NCBI GenBank assembly: GCA_951406725.2
Contig: OX597828.1
Span: forward strand, 32,364,001-32,428,000
Direction of reading: 5' to 3'
DNA: 64,000 nucleotides
Origin: Octopus vulgaris
Lineage: Eukaryota
Position 1 is the stretch's first letter, and each line of letters opens with the position of its first letter. The translations under genes were made by a program, and so were the position numbers. The notes beneath the pieces were generated by a model. It ran no database searches. It was not told the origin of the DNA and saw only the letters and a list, made by a program, of their open reading frames with translations. Shown one piece after another: positions 1 to 12,708 of this stretch.

Positions 1-347
1 TTTACATTCGTATGAAATTCCTTCATATTCACTCCAGAGCTTGTTCCTCTTTGGGTTTGACCTATGTTCTCATTCTACTTTGCTTTTACTTATTTTAAGA
101 TAACGAACTTGTTATAGCGTAGGGATAGCAAGAACTGATTTAATCTTCAAAAATTATTTTGATAGGCAAATAGTTAATAATAATCAACTTATCCTTTTTT
201 ACTGTATCTGTTACTTATCTGCTTTTCAGAGTTAGTCTTATCCGGAAATAACAGTGTATTGATGTGCCATGCGTAATAGGAAATACAAGAAGACACACGT
301 AGTGGGGGACTAGTGTTCTGATTTATATATCATATTCCTGTCCAAAC

Positions 348-1525
348 TATCCCGTCAAATCACAAGGTCTGCCCGATTTTTATAGAATTAACATTTCTTT
401 CATTAAAACCCTTTCTAACAAGGAAGTATCCAAAGAGCATTTGAGACACATAATGTTGTATGAGTACAGAAAAGGAAATTCTGCAGCCGAAGAGACTCGA
501 AACATGCAGTCAGTTTATGGGAAAGAATGCTTCAATGGAAGAAATTGTCGAAGATTTTTTTGCAAAATTCAGAAGAGGAGATTTCGGCCTTGAAGATAAA
601 GATCGAACAGGACTTCTAGTTGCGTTTTATGATAAGCTCCTTGAGGCATTACTTGTAGAAAATCTTGCAGTATCAGTTGAAGAGTTGGCAACAAAGCTTA
701 GTTCAAACCATACAACAGTTCATCGTCATCTTCAAGAACTTGGAAAGTTTCATAAACTTGGAAACTGGGTGCCTCTTGGATTGTCCGAAAGCAACCAAAA
801 ATCGCGAGTTGACATCTGTTCTTCTCACCATTCTCGCGAACTCATTTCACCCTTTTTGGATAGACTTGCGACTGGTGATGGAAAATGGATCTTCTAGCCA
901 AATGTTAAACGTCGTAAACAGTGGCTTGGTAAAAGGGAAAAAGCTCAACCATAACCAAGAAGGGAACTTCATGGGAAAAAGTTTCTTCTCTCTATCTGAT
1001 GGGATTGCAAAGGGGCAATTCACTTTGAATTGTTACCACCTAATGCAACAATCAATGCTCAAGTCTTCTGTCAGCAATTAGAGCGTTTGAACCAAGCTTT
1101 GAAGTAAAAAGACCTGATTTAGTGAATCAAATAGGAGTGATGTTTCATCAGGACAATGCGCGACCCCACACTGCAAATTCCACATCACAGAAGATCGAAG
1201 AGCTTGGTTGGGAAAAAATTCCTCATCTACCTTATTCTCCCTACTGTGCTCCTTCAGGCTACCATTTGTTTCGTAGTTTACAGAATCATTTGGGGGTGCA
1301 TAACCTTTGCAAGCCAGGAGGAAGTCGAAACTGACATTTCAGAGTTCTTCGCTTTGAAACCAAAAGAGTTTTACATTGATGGGATATAAAACTTGCAAAT
1401 ACATGGACAGAAGTCATAGATAATCAGGGAAAGTACTTTGATGATTAAATTTCAATCAAATATAACATTTGATCACTTGTTTTCTGTATTCAAAATTCGG
1501 AGATAACTTATGGGATGACCTGTTA
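348..1525 (+). mobile_element. Full-length degenerate mariner (DD34D) DNA transposon; transposase pseudogene
   Basis: Frameshifted pieces give HTH 'FAKFRRGDFGLEDKDRTG', 'WVP', 'TGDGKWIF', 'FHQDNARPH', 'YSPYCAPSGYHLFRSLQ'. Right TIR aaaattcggagataacttatgggatgacctgtTA (1492-1525) has a decayed partner at ~348-380. Confidence 0.9.
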
Positions 1526-4256
1526 AAACCATTTCTAGCGACAAACTACATAGCATTGTAAGCCTCTGAAAAAGAACACATTTCATGTTATCATATATAC
1601 ATTACAAAAATGTTAAATAAAACGTTGTTGTCCCCATGAGATTCATTTAAGTATAAAATATATTAATATTAGACATTTTCAAATTATTGTCAGTGAAGTT
1701 AATTAATATATTTAATTGAGTTATATATGAATGCTTAAGTTTAAAATAGCTTTTGTAATACTAAGTTTTATTGTCAGACGTGTTCTGGTTGATGTGAACT
1801 TACAAAAATTTACTTCAGTCATTCATAATTATTGCAAACTCGTCAGGATTGTACAAAGTGCGAGACTTCGGACTTGTAAAGTAAATTGTTTAGAGCTAGT
1901 TTTAAGGTTACAATCTGGTTACATTGTCATTCTGTCCTTCAAACTGGATGGATTAAATACCAGTAATTTCCTATGGTCACATTAAATTTGTTACAGTTAT
2001 CCGATCGTTAAATATATTTGTGCACAGATCAAAAATATCTATAATTCTTGTTGCAAATTTGGGTTATGCTTCGAAGAGGATATAAATTTCTCTGTCATTT
2101 GGAAGTCGCTAATTTTACTATTTTCTCTTCATCTAAAACGCAACCGGGAACGGTATCAGAAAAACACATCATAATATGATTTTATAATTGCTCATTTAAA
2201 ATGTTGATTCTTTTTTTTTTACAATAAAATTAATAGCAGTGCAATTCCAAACACTTCCTCACAATTTAATTATTTTCACTATTGCAAGAGAGTTATCGAG
2301 TATATTAATCCAACTCGGTCTTTATACTATTCCTTCAAGGGACATTTTACAATGCTCAGATGATTAACAAAACCAATAGATAAATCAAAGAAAATATAAA
2401 AAAGGATTATATAGGTTTTATAGATATACTAGTATAAATCTGATATTTATTAATTTCTTTCTTTACTTTGTTCCACGCGCCTTAATAACTACCAAACCAA
2501 TCAATATTTACATATGTTTTTTTTTATAAATAGGCGACAGAGAGATAAAAAGATTTTTTTTTCTTCACTGCAAATTTGTTGCAATGATAATACGTGAAAA
2601 TATTGTGTAGTGCATCGACTTGTGAGGAATCTGGTTGATAACAGCGGAGAATTCAAGTCGATTCTTTCTTTAGAATGAAAGGAAAAAAAAACTCTTCGAA
2701 ACTGAAATCAATAAAAATCCAATGTTTATTCTAACAAGATTTTTCATAATTTACGCACCATAAGATCTGAAATCTCTTGCACGAGTGATATGGTTGCGAA
2801 GCTTTAGTGCTTCAAACTGTTTATGACATGTCTGAAGTTTGCATGTGTGCATATGCGTGTATCTGTGTGTGTGTTTGTGTGTTTGTCTGTGTATGTCTAT
2901 GTACACATGCACGCGCGTGTGTGTATTAATACAAGCCAACGTTCCCCAGCATTTTCTTCGTACACTATCAGGAAGTATTGCATTCATGTGCTTCCATGTA
3001 TTTTAGTCATGGCGCCAAGAATCCGTCATGTCTAAGCTTGCGTATTCTCCTTATCTTTTTGTATGTATGTAAGGTATGGTATGTACGCATGTACATATAG
3101 GTCTGCTTGCCAGAAATGCGTCTAGCAAAACCGAAGGAATACATACGTATTTTTAGATTCCATGCATATACACTATATTTATAGCATATTAAAAAGTATA
3201 ATGTCTACTGGTGTGTATGTTGCCGAGTCACTGTTATTACTACGCGGGTGATTATAAGGTTGTTGTATGAGGCTACATATTTCATGTATAGCCTTGAGTC
3301 TTTCATGCTTACAATCCAGTATACACTAAAGCGGATGTGGTGTCTCCGAGTAAACTAAGAGCTGACTTTCGTTTGCGAGTATTTCTTTTGAATTTTCCTG
3401 TTTGCGCTTTGTATGTAAAATGTGTATGCGTATATATTCGCAGGTATGAGCTTGGTTGTGGGTGTGTATGTCAATGTGGGTATGTAGGCATGTCAGCTAA
3501 AAAGGATTCTGAATGTATTCATTATATATAATAAAGAGGAAAAATGCCTCCTGATAAACTTATTCTAGAACATATCACTAATAACACAGTAAAATAGTTT
3601 GAAATTAAAATAAAAATCGGAAGCCGATTCATGAATTTCAATTTTATTTCGAAACGATCAGCCTCTGTACAATTAGTTGCTGTTATTATTCTCATAAAAC
3701 CGCCTTCAGCAATGAATAGACCAGCGATTGTTCGGATTACACCTCTTTTCATTTTTTTATGTATTTATTTATATGTTTATTTTTGACAGTGAGAGAAAGG
3801 CAGCAGATTGTGTTGTTAGGCAGATTTTATATTCAATTCCATATGCTAAATGCGATCTTTTTTATAAATTCTAACAGATATCCTTAGAGTAATACGATTT
3901 ATATTAATGCAACCATTCGATATTTCACACACTTTCTTTTTTTTTTTGTTTTACATTTGTATATTTTAAATCACAATCTGCGAACAACGGCGCCGTTCGT
4001 TGCAGGTTTATAATGGACTAATCACTGGTTCAAGGCATCTATTGATTGCGTGAATGGCATGAAACAACGGAGATTTTTGCTGCCTTGTTCTCTGCAGAAC
4101 ATACATTAACGTGGAAACTCTTTCGAAATCCAACGGTTTAAAGTTTTACTCGCTGTTGTTATTATTTGCCTTTACTGATCAGCATAAGTTATACGCGTAC
4201 ACGCACACATCAGAACAAATACACATATGACTACACATATAGAATAGAAAGAAGGA

Positions 4257-4287
<31 letters not shown>

Positions 4288-4430
4288 CATTGATGTTGAA
4301 ATAGAAGGCATTTTCTTTTGGAGAATTCGAAGTGTATAGAATAATATTTCCATTAACGATTTTATTGCCATCGCGAAAAATAAAGTAAATGGTTACACCA
4401 AGGACTATCATCCTCTCTCGAGTACCTTAG

Positions 4431-4469
4431 CCTTGTAACGTTTCTAGACACAGGTTCATCAGAGCAAAA
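4431..4469 (-). ncRNA. Degenerate minimal hammerhead ribozyme-like motif (PLE remnant)
   Basis: Minus strand reads ttttgct-CTGATGA-acctgtgtcta-GAAA-cg-TT-acaagg. Core intact, helices I and II imperfect. Confidence 0.35.
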
Positions 4470-5189
4470 TATATATATATATATTTCTTCAAGATGTAAT
4501 TAGCTTATAAATTATCTTACATCCCGTACATATGTATAATATGTATAAGCACCTTATTTCTACTAATCTCATATATGTTGAGTTCTCGGCTTCTGTTAAT
4601 GGTGAATGTGTATTAAAACGTTTAGATCCAGTCTACTTGCTCTCTGTGAATAAAGATGAAACATGTAATGTGACTAAACAGTAAGATAAAGTATTTAAGA
4701 TTTATCAGAAAACATGTAACATACATGACTTTCCGCATTTCACAAATACGTTATAAAGAGTAGGATTAATTAAATATTAATTATTATATTAAGTAAGGAA
4801 AACATCAGTGGCTGCACTGATGTGCTAGCTAGAGGTACCTGTTCTGCACCAACTTACTTCATTAACAAAATTATCATAAGGTTAAAAAGTGTATGTTCAT
4901 CACAAAATGTAATTTGTATATTTAAGCTTTATATAACGGCATTATATAAAGATATAATACATACCAATATATTTCTGTTTCCTTTTACTATAATGTAGAT
5001 ATCGGGAACCCACGTTCAGTGAGTGTTACAACAATTTACTGAATCCTATACTTTACGATAACGTGTTGCATCTTCCAGCACATGTTTAAATACAGTGTAT
5101 GCGCATCTACCAAATCGATCTATATATTATATATTTGTATAATATATTTCTATAATACATTTGGAGACAGTGAGAGAAAGAGAGAAGGT

Positions 5190-5258
<69 letters not shown>

Positions 5259-5289
5259 TATATAGGTATTTATGTTTATATGTGTACCA

Positions 5290-5640
5290 GGCGTGGCTGT
5301 ATGGTAAGAAGTTTGCTTTCCAACCACACAGAACCCGCGTTCAGTCCCACTGCGTGGCACCTTGGGCAATTGTCTTCTGCTACAGCCTCGGGCCGACCAA
5401 CGCCTTGTGAGTGGATTTCGTAGACGGAAACTGAAAGAAGCCTGTCGTATGTGTGTGTGTTTCTTTGCCCTCCCCGCAGTCAATGTTACTGTATTTACGT
5501 CTACGAAACATAGCGGTTCGGCAAAAAGACTGATACAATAAGTACTATGCTTACAAAGGTGCTAGAGTTAAATTCTTCGACTAAAGTCGGGGCTCCAGCA
5601 GGGCCGCATGCAAATGACTGAAACAAATAAAAGAATAAAA
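5290..5640 (+). mobile_element. tRNA-derived SINE, family A (head ggcgtggctg..., CCTTGGGCAA central segment)
   Basis: A-box/B-box-like head (tggctgtatggt...gttcagtccc), central caccttgggcaa segment, tail ...gactgaaacaaataaaagaataaaa. Homologous copies at 14963, 28684 and 63050. Confidence 0.8.
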
Positions 5641-5646
5641 GGAAAT

Positions 5647-5709
<63 letters not shown>

Positions 5710-5711
5710 AA

Positions 5712-8560
5712 AATGTTGGTATAGAAATTTATGTAGGTTCCTCCTATGCCCATGTATTAGTATCAAGTGAAAATGTTTGGCGTCGTAAGTTAAAGCTGAC
5801 ACAGTTGACTGAACAAGTCCGTACTATCAATTCTCTGAATTTTTCTGTCAAGTGTTCGTATAGAATGAACACATGGTTAAGTTTCTAAACTTCTGTGCGT
5901 TTCCCACTGCATTCATGTGTTAGTTTCACATGGCAGTATATTTTGCGCCTGAAAAGAAGGCCGACACAGTTGAGTGACCATGTTTAGTTATACTCAAAGC
6001 AATCCATATTTAATCTATCTAATGGGAAAGTGTGGACTGGAGTCGATTTCATGTAGTGCAATGGTTAACGTTGCGGCTGTTAGCGGTGTTGCTTCCTCAT
6101 GATAAGTGGTAGAATGAATTTCGTGTGTGAATATTTATTTGTATATGAACTCTGTTAAATTTTTCAAGTCTGGGTTTGTACTTTTGTATGAAACTATTTC
6201 CTTCGTGTATCTACGCTTCATCTGTAGTATTCGCTAAACATAGAAAGTGTGAGAAGACCTAGAATTTAACAGACTTATTTTTGCATATATGTCTATGTGA
6301 CCACTCAGTGGAATCTGTCTAGTATTGGTGTATCGGATTTATTGTCGGTGAATGGTTAGTCTATTTCTTAGAGTAAGCTTTGTATGATCTGTGTAATCTT
6401 CATTACATATTTGACATTTCATAGTGTATATTACATACCTTGAAGAACATGTAAAGTGATATTTGACGGAAAAAGTGTGTCCTGATTTGAATTTGCATGT
6501 TGTATCTTTAATAATATTGATGCAGCTCCCAAAATTGGGGCGGCCACATTTTTTGACTGTTCGTGTAGGAATTGTTGAAGATAATATAGGATTTATGAGG
6601 AATTTTTTGAAGGAATTTAATTGTCTTTTGCTTTTGATTATTTTGTGTATTTCAAATGTTTGTTTCATTCTTCGGTCTTGTTTAAGTAGTGGGAAGTTCT
6701 GATGGATAATATTATAAACCGCTGTGCTTCTTAGGTTTCGCGTTGGAATAAAAGTTAGATAATTGAGTGTACCTGGAGCGTTTTTCGTAGTTCTTCGATA
6801 TTTATTGCTTTGGCATATATTTCGTTGCCTATTAGCATTAATGGGTATTGTCTTTTAAGTAGTACTTGCTTCAGTCCCTGAGGTATTTTATTGCGGGTTT
6901 CAGGGTTTGAAACAATTATGCAGATTCTTCTTGCTAGATTAAAGTGGATATCATCCTTCGTGTGTTTGGCATGGCATGAGGAGAATAGTAAGTAGTGTTT
7001 AGAATTTGTTTGTAGTGAACATCTGTTTCAATGATTTTATCTCTTTTGATGATTATTATATCCGGGAAAATAATTGAGTTTTACTGTATTCCATGGTAAA
7101 GTTAATATCCTTGTTTCTGAGGATTAGATTTTTTGAAATCAGTAAGTAGTTCAAATGTCTACGTCCAAAGGATTAGGCAGTCATCTAAGTAACGTTTCGG
7201 TTTTCTAGTTGATATCTGTGGAAGTTCAAGACACTTATGAAATTGGATTGTTTATATATCTTGACCTCCCTGTATGCCATGACTACATTGGCGTACGTCG
7301 GAACATCTATTGTCGCCATTGTAATCTCAGATATTTATGTGTAAATATTGCCATCGAAGTAAAAAAAAGTTGTATTTGATGATCAACTTTAATCTTTCAG
7401 TGATGAAACATTTTTTCAATTCAGTCCAGACTTTCATGAGGGAATTACTTAAGCCAGAATCATATTGTTTCTAGTCCATATTTATGCGAAATTGTGGTAT
7501 GTAGGTTTACAACATCAAAAGATACAATAATAGTATCATTGTTTATGGATTTTGGGAGGTGATTTAACACGTCCAAGTCAGACCTTACAAGGCTTGGTAT
7601 GTATTTTAACATGCATTTCAGTAATATATCTAAAAAGTTGTTCAGCCTGTGTGTTTCACAGTTACGGTCTGCTACGCTTGGTCTGAATTTAAGGACGGTG
7701 GGATATTCTATGCTTATGCAAGTTGAAGTTGTTTTTTACATGCATTCCTAATAGTTTGATTCTTATGGATTTTCTGGAGAACGTACAATTAGCGGGTCTT
7801 GCAATCAAAGTGAGATAATTAGTCAAGTAGTCATATTCTTTGTTTGTTAAAACGTTTTGTTGTCTGCGGATGAGTGTGTTTAGTCATGTGTTTATTCCTT
7901 GTCTTTAATTTTTGGTAATTGCTTAACTTTTCGTAGTGCGTCATACCCTTTATGAATAGGTTCTCGGTAGAGTACTTTTTTTAAAAATGAGATTCATAAT
8001 TGGGGAACTAAAGTGCATTTCTTTCCCACCGTTGAAGTGGATGTTATTTCTCGTGTTCACATTTTCCTTTCTATAGTTTAATAATATTTTCTCGGCCTTC
8101 GGATACTTTTGAAATTTTTGCTTGCATTTCTGCATCAATCGTTTAAAATTTTACGCCGTTGGAATTTACGCTTAGCTGAAATAGCTGGGTTTCCATCCTG
8201 AATTTCATGAGAACCATCTTTTCTCTAAGTTTTTGTTGTTGTTCTGGTTCTTAGGACGCAAACATTGTCATTTGATACTAACACATTGACGTAGCGCGGA
8301 ACCTACAGAAATTTCTAAGACCTGTCATGTGACTACCCTCTACCAATCAAATACTATTGAAAACATATACTAATTTAAGTCAGGAGCTCCCTATAAAAAC
8401 AGGTCAAGCTTCAAACACTAGGCAAAAAAAAGACAGCTACGATGTAAGAAAAGGATTTCTATTTGATTTTTTTGAAAATCAGTGTAAAATGTGAAACCGG
8501 TTAGAGCTTCAAATATATCAATAAATGATATTTCAACGATTCTCATTGCATTTATGACTC
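5712..8560 (-). mobile_element. Penelope-like retroelement (Neptune-like), degenerate RT + GIY-YIG, with inverted 5' pseudo-LTR
   Basis: Minus strand shows RT 'KRYLDDCLILW' (~7170-7200), 'PTYANVVMAY', a Cys linker 'KKCGRPNFGSC' and GIY-YIG 'FTCSSRYVIYTMKCQICNEDY..RNRLTIHRQ' (6339-6668). 5722-5789 is an inverted copy of 8250-8317. Confidence 0.85.
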
Positions 8561-9163
8561 CTATTGTTCCTAAATAGATATAAGGCGGTGCTCCAGAATA
8601 ACCGCAGTCAAATGCCTGAAATAAGTAAAGGAATGAAAAAATATGTGAATAAGTATCTATCTCTCTCTATAATATGTGTGTGTGAGTGTATGAGTGTATG
8701 TGTGCGTGTGTTTAAGTATGTATAGAAGCATGTGAATATGTATGAAATAATTTTCATTTATATGAGATATTTTGCTCCGTTCCTGGTTCTTCAATATGCC
8801 ATTTGGTAACACTAACTATTAATACGTTTATTGATCACATTGTTTTCTAATCGACCAAGTGCTGCTTATTTCGTATGTCATTCATAGAGCCATGTGAAAG
8901 ATCTTACTTTTCGAGTAACAACATCTATTCAGATTATCTGAACTATTGTCACTTACACTATACTCATTATGCGAATGTCTAACTATTACGGATATAAACC
9001 CAGCAGATGATCTGCAATGAGCAGACACGAATCACAGGACACCTTGTCAAGCTGTCAACAACTTCCGGCATCGTCATTCCCTCCTATTCATTAATTACGC
9101 TTTCTCTTCAATTCACTCTCAAAGAAAACTATACATTATAGTGTCTTATGATTACCACTACGT

Positions 9164-9164
<1 letters not shown>

Positions 9165-9197
<33 letters not shown>

Positions 9198-9456
9198 AAT
9201 GAGGAAAAGAAGAAGAAGAAGAAGAAGAAGAAGAAGAGCAACAACAACAACAGCAACAAGAACAATAACAACAAAAGCTACAACTACAACAACAGCAACA
9301 ACAACAAAATAACAAGAACAAGAAGAACAAGTACAAGAGGGAAAAGGTCCATGAAAAATAGAGGCAGCAACAGCAGTAGTAGCAGCAGTAGTAACAGCAG
9401 TAGCAGTAGGAGTAGTGGCAACAGTAGTAGCGGCAGTAGTGGCAACAGTAGCAGCT
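9165..9456. repeat. Compound trinucleotide microsatellite (GAT)n(AAG)n(AAC)n(AGC/AGT)n
   Basis: Read directly; accounts for the ORFs at 9136 and 9141. Confidence 0.95.
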
Positions 9457-10149
9457 GCAATCTGTGGAAATGAAAGATTTAAAAAAAAATATTTTTAGCT
9501 TTCAAGTTAGGTGAAATGAGTAAAATGACGTCATCGAAAGGAAGCAATAAGAACTGATACTGTATTCCCTTATTAGTTTGTTTAATGTTTTTAAAATATT
9601 TCGGGAAAAATTCCCCTTTCCATCTAGAAGAAAGAAAATAACCAAAGAGAAATGCAATGTTAATGACAGGCTGTTATTGTGTATTCTGAATAACTGTACT
9701 GGTTGAAACTATGCAATTACAATTTTTGTCGGGTAAGACACGGAAAATCAGCGGCCACAGGTATTGTAGTATGTGAAGGGACACAAGTTAGGGCAAGTGT
9801 GTGTTGAGATGATTCATATAAATATAGGTGAGCTTTAAACTAAACTTTTTCAGTTGGCAAATTTATAAGAATTCCTTTGTTTATTCCTAGAGAAAGTTGT
9901 GCTAAACTCTTATCTGTGGTAAAATACGCTGTGATGGTATGGTTGACAAGTGTTAGAAATAAGTTATAAATATAAGAACATTTGTTTAGGTGAAAGCCAA
10001 GAATGAAAAAAAAAAGCATGTGCATGCCATCCATTTTGGTTCTGTTGTTAGTTTCTGGTATATGTATTTTCATACATTTATCCTCACAAATTCTCAGCTT
10101 ACAAATATTTAGGTTAGTGGCAACAACAGATGTTTCTGCTTCCCGGTTT

Positions 10150-10860
10150 TGATTAAATTTGTTGTGTTGCTTCCCCGGGGAAGTGCATGTATACAGATGT
10201 TCCTTAATCTTAATCCTGAGTCTCTTCTACACTGTTTACTGGTTCCTCTCTTGGCTCCTTAAACATGTCACCTGTTACTATTTCTGTTTATTTTCGTATA
10301 TGAAGGGTGTCGCCGCAATTTTTCATGAGCTTGTCAGATTTTGGAATTAAAGCAGAAGAGGGCTCCCTGACAACTCTGAAGGCAGTTGTTATGAAGCCAT
10401 TACAGTGGTTGTTTAACAGAAGCCGATTTTATCTCAACTAGCTTGTCCAGCTCATCTAAACTGAAAAAAATTTAACTCTCTTTTAAATACGTATGCGTAC
10501 CAGATGCAATTTCTGTGCTTAAAGACCAACGGCAAGGTGTGTCTCTGAACGACTACCAGGGAGGACAATCCGGCTAATTTTCTGCTTTGCACATATCCAT
10601 TTTCCTAGAGTATTCGATGCGAGCCAAGTGACAAAATTGTTAGCAATATATCTAGTAATAATTCTTGTGCATTTCGTCCGAGATATGTGAAATTTATCAA
10701 CGGTCATGAAGCATACTAATTTTGTTTTCCTTCACGCATAAAGTTTTAACAACATATATTTTGTCATACGTATCAACCGACGCGGGAGACTTCATTGAAA
10801 CTGCCTCAAACTGTTCTGCACAAGTCACAAAGAAGGCCGCAGTGGCTTTGCCAATGCATA
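10150..10860 (-). pseudogene. Ancient hAT-type transposase fossil
   Basis: 'KFHISRTKCTRIITRYIA' resembles the hAT 'LSRTKCTxII' motif as I recall it; surrounding sequence has many stops. Confidence 0.4.
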
Positions 10861-11325
10861 ATTAGATTATCTTCCTTTACGTTTGTCCTTGTGTGTGTCA
10901 ATTCCAGATAGAAAAATAATAGTTGTTTTGTCATATACTGCTACCGTGAATTCTTTCTTTCCATTCAATAAGTTTCTTTAAAGAAGGTGTGTTCGAAGTT
11001 ATTTTTGTGGAAAACTATTCCGTTGTTAAACATTCTACTGTTAAAAGATACGTTGCATTGGATTTGTAAACTTTTTCACAAACGTTTTATATATATGTAT
11101 ATATGTATTTATATATTATAGATAGATATACATATACGTATACATACACACACACACACAGATATATATATATATATGTATGTACATATCAGAAACATAT
11201 ATTTTATAGTTTGTCTAGTCTGTTATCGACAGTCTTATTCGCGATGGAAATGTCAAATATTTTCCCAGTCCAAAATGCATAAATTTTGTCTGAATGCTCC
11301 AGCTATTTTTATATATTGTTTCTCA

Positions 11326-11326
<1 letters not shown>

Positions 11327-11388
<62 letters not shown>

Positions 11389-11431
11389 GTTATTATTGTT
11401 GTTGTTGTTGTTGTTATTGTTGTTGTTGTTT
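11327..11431. repeat. (ATT)n(GTT)n microsatellite
   Basis: Read directly. Confidence 0.95.
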
Positions 11432-12627
11432 ATTTACTTATTTATTTATATTGATTGCATTTAATTAGTGGAAATATGTTCACCTTTACTAGATTTGTTT
11501 TGCTAGACGTTCAGTGATGTCATTTCATAGAGTAATGCTTACAAGTTGGGATCACAATTCTCTAATAACAATCCCTTTTTTTTCCTTTGAACGCTGTACG
11601 ATCAGACAGCCAAGTTTCAAGCACTCTCATTATGAAAAATAATCCCCGAACAAAAAGAAACCATTTATTCAGTTTAACTTGTAGAAATGCATATCAGTGG
11701 AAAGCGGCGAGCCATGTATAATAGATTAGTTTGCCTGTACATCAAGTTGTTTCTCGCGCCATCTTATTCAGCTTAAGAAGTAGACGAAACAACGTTACTT
11801 ATGTTTAGATCAGTTCTTTTCGTTTTTAATCAGCTATAATAAACACTTCGTCCTTTATCACATCAACAATTTTATCCATTCATCTAAAGCTGATTTATAA
11901 TATATCTCTTGTATCATAGATCATTCTATAAATACCGGGACATATATCATCTTAATTATACACTTAACTAAATCTAATTCAGTCTCATGTCTTATACAGT
12001 ATAATAATTCTTCTAATGTAATCCTACACAAAGATAAAAAGATGGATTGAGGAATGTGCTGGGGAAAAAAGAGAACCTAAGTGTGTGGATTACATTAAGA
12101 ATTTTAACACTAAACATATCACGGCTATTGTTCTTTATCTTCAAAACTAATGATTTATGAATACAAAAGTTATATCAAAACTTGATCTACGGTTATATCA
12201 TTTGCTAATTCATTTGAAGCATAAAGATGTCGGAGTAGATAATATGAAGCTGATGAAGTAAAACAGACAGTGAAACTGATATTTTTGACTATGTGACATA
12301 CGCTACTTGATATTTATAGCCATTAAACATAGCTCTCAATAACCGAATCAACCTCGCCCAATATATATTGGTAAAAATACTTTTCATCCATTGAAACCAG
12401 CAGCGAGAACGGTAGCAAACTGCAGATAAATTTCTTGCTTTCTACAATGAAGTTCAGTTCCATTCATTTAAGAAAACAAAAACATTTTCGCTACACGCTT
12501 TCTACATTCCCACTCAGTTATCTATTTATGTATCGACCAATCTGTGTGCATATTTCTCTATACATCTGGCTTAACACATAGATATATAGCGAAAGAGATA
12601 GGCAGACATACACACATACAGACATAC

Positions 12628-12687
<60 letters not shown>

Positions 12688-12708
12688 TGAGAGATAGATA
12701 TATAGATA

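Noticed and set aside
2270-2390. Possible hAT dimerisation-domain relic
   Set aside because: Similarity too faint to call without a search.
12250-12285. CTGATGA...GAAA hammerhead candidate
   Set aside because: No helix I, II or III pairing.
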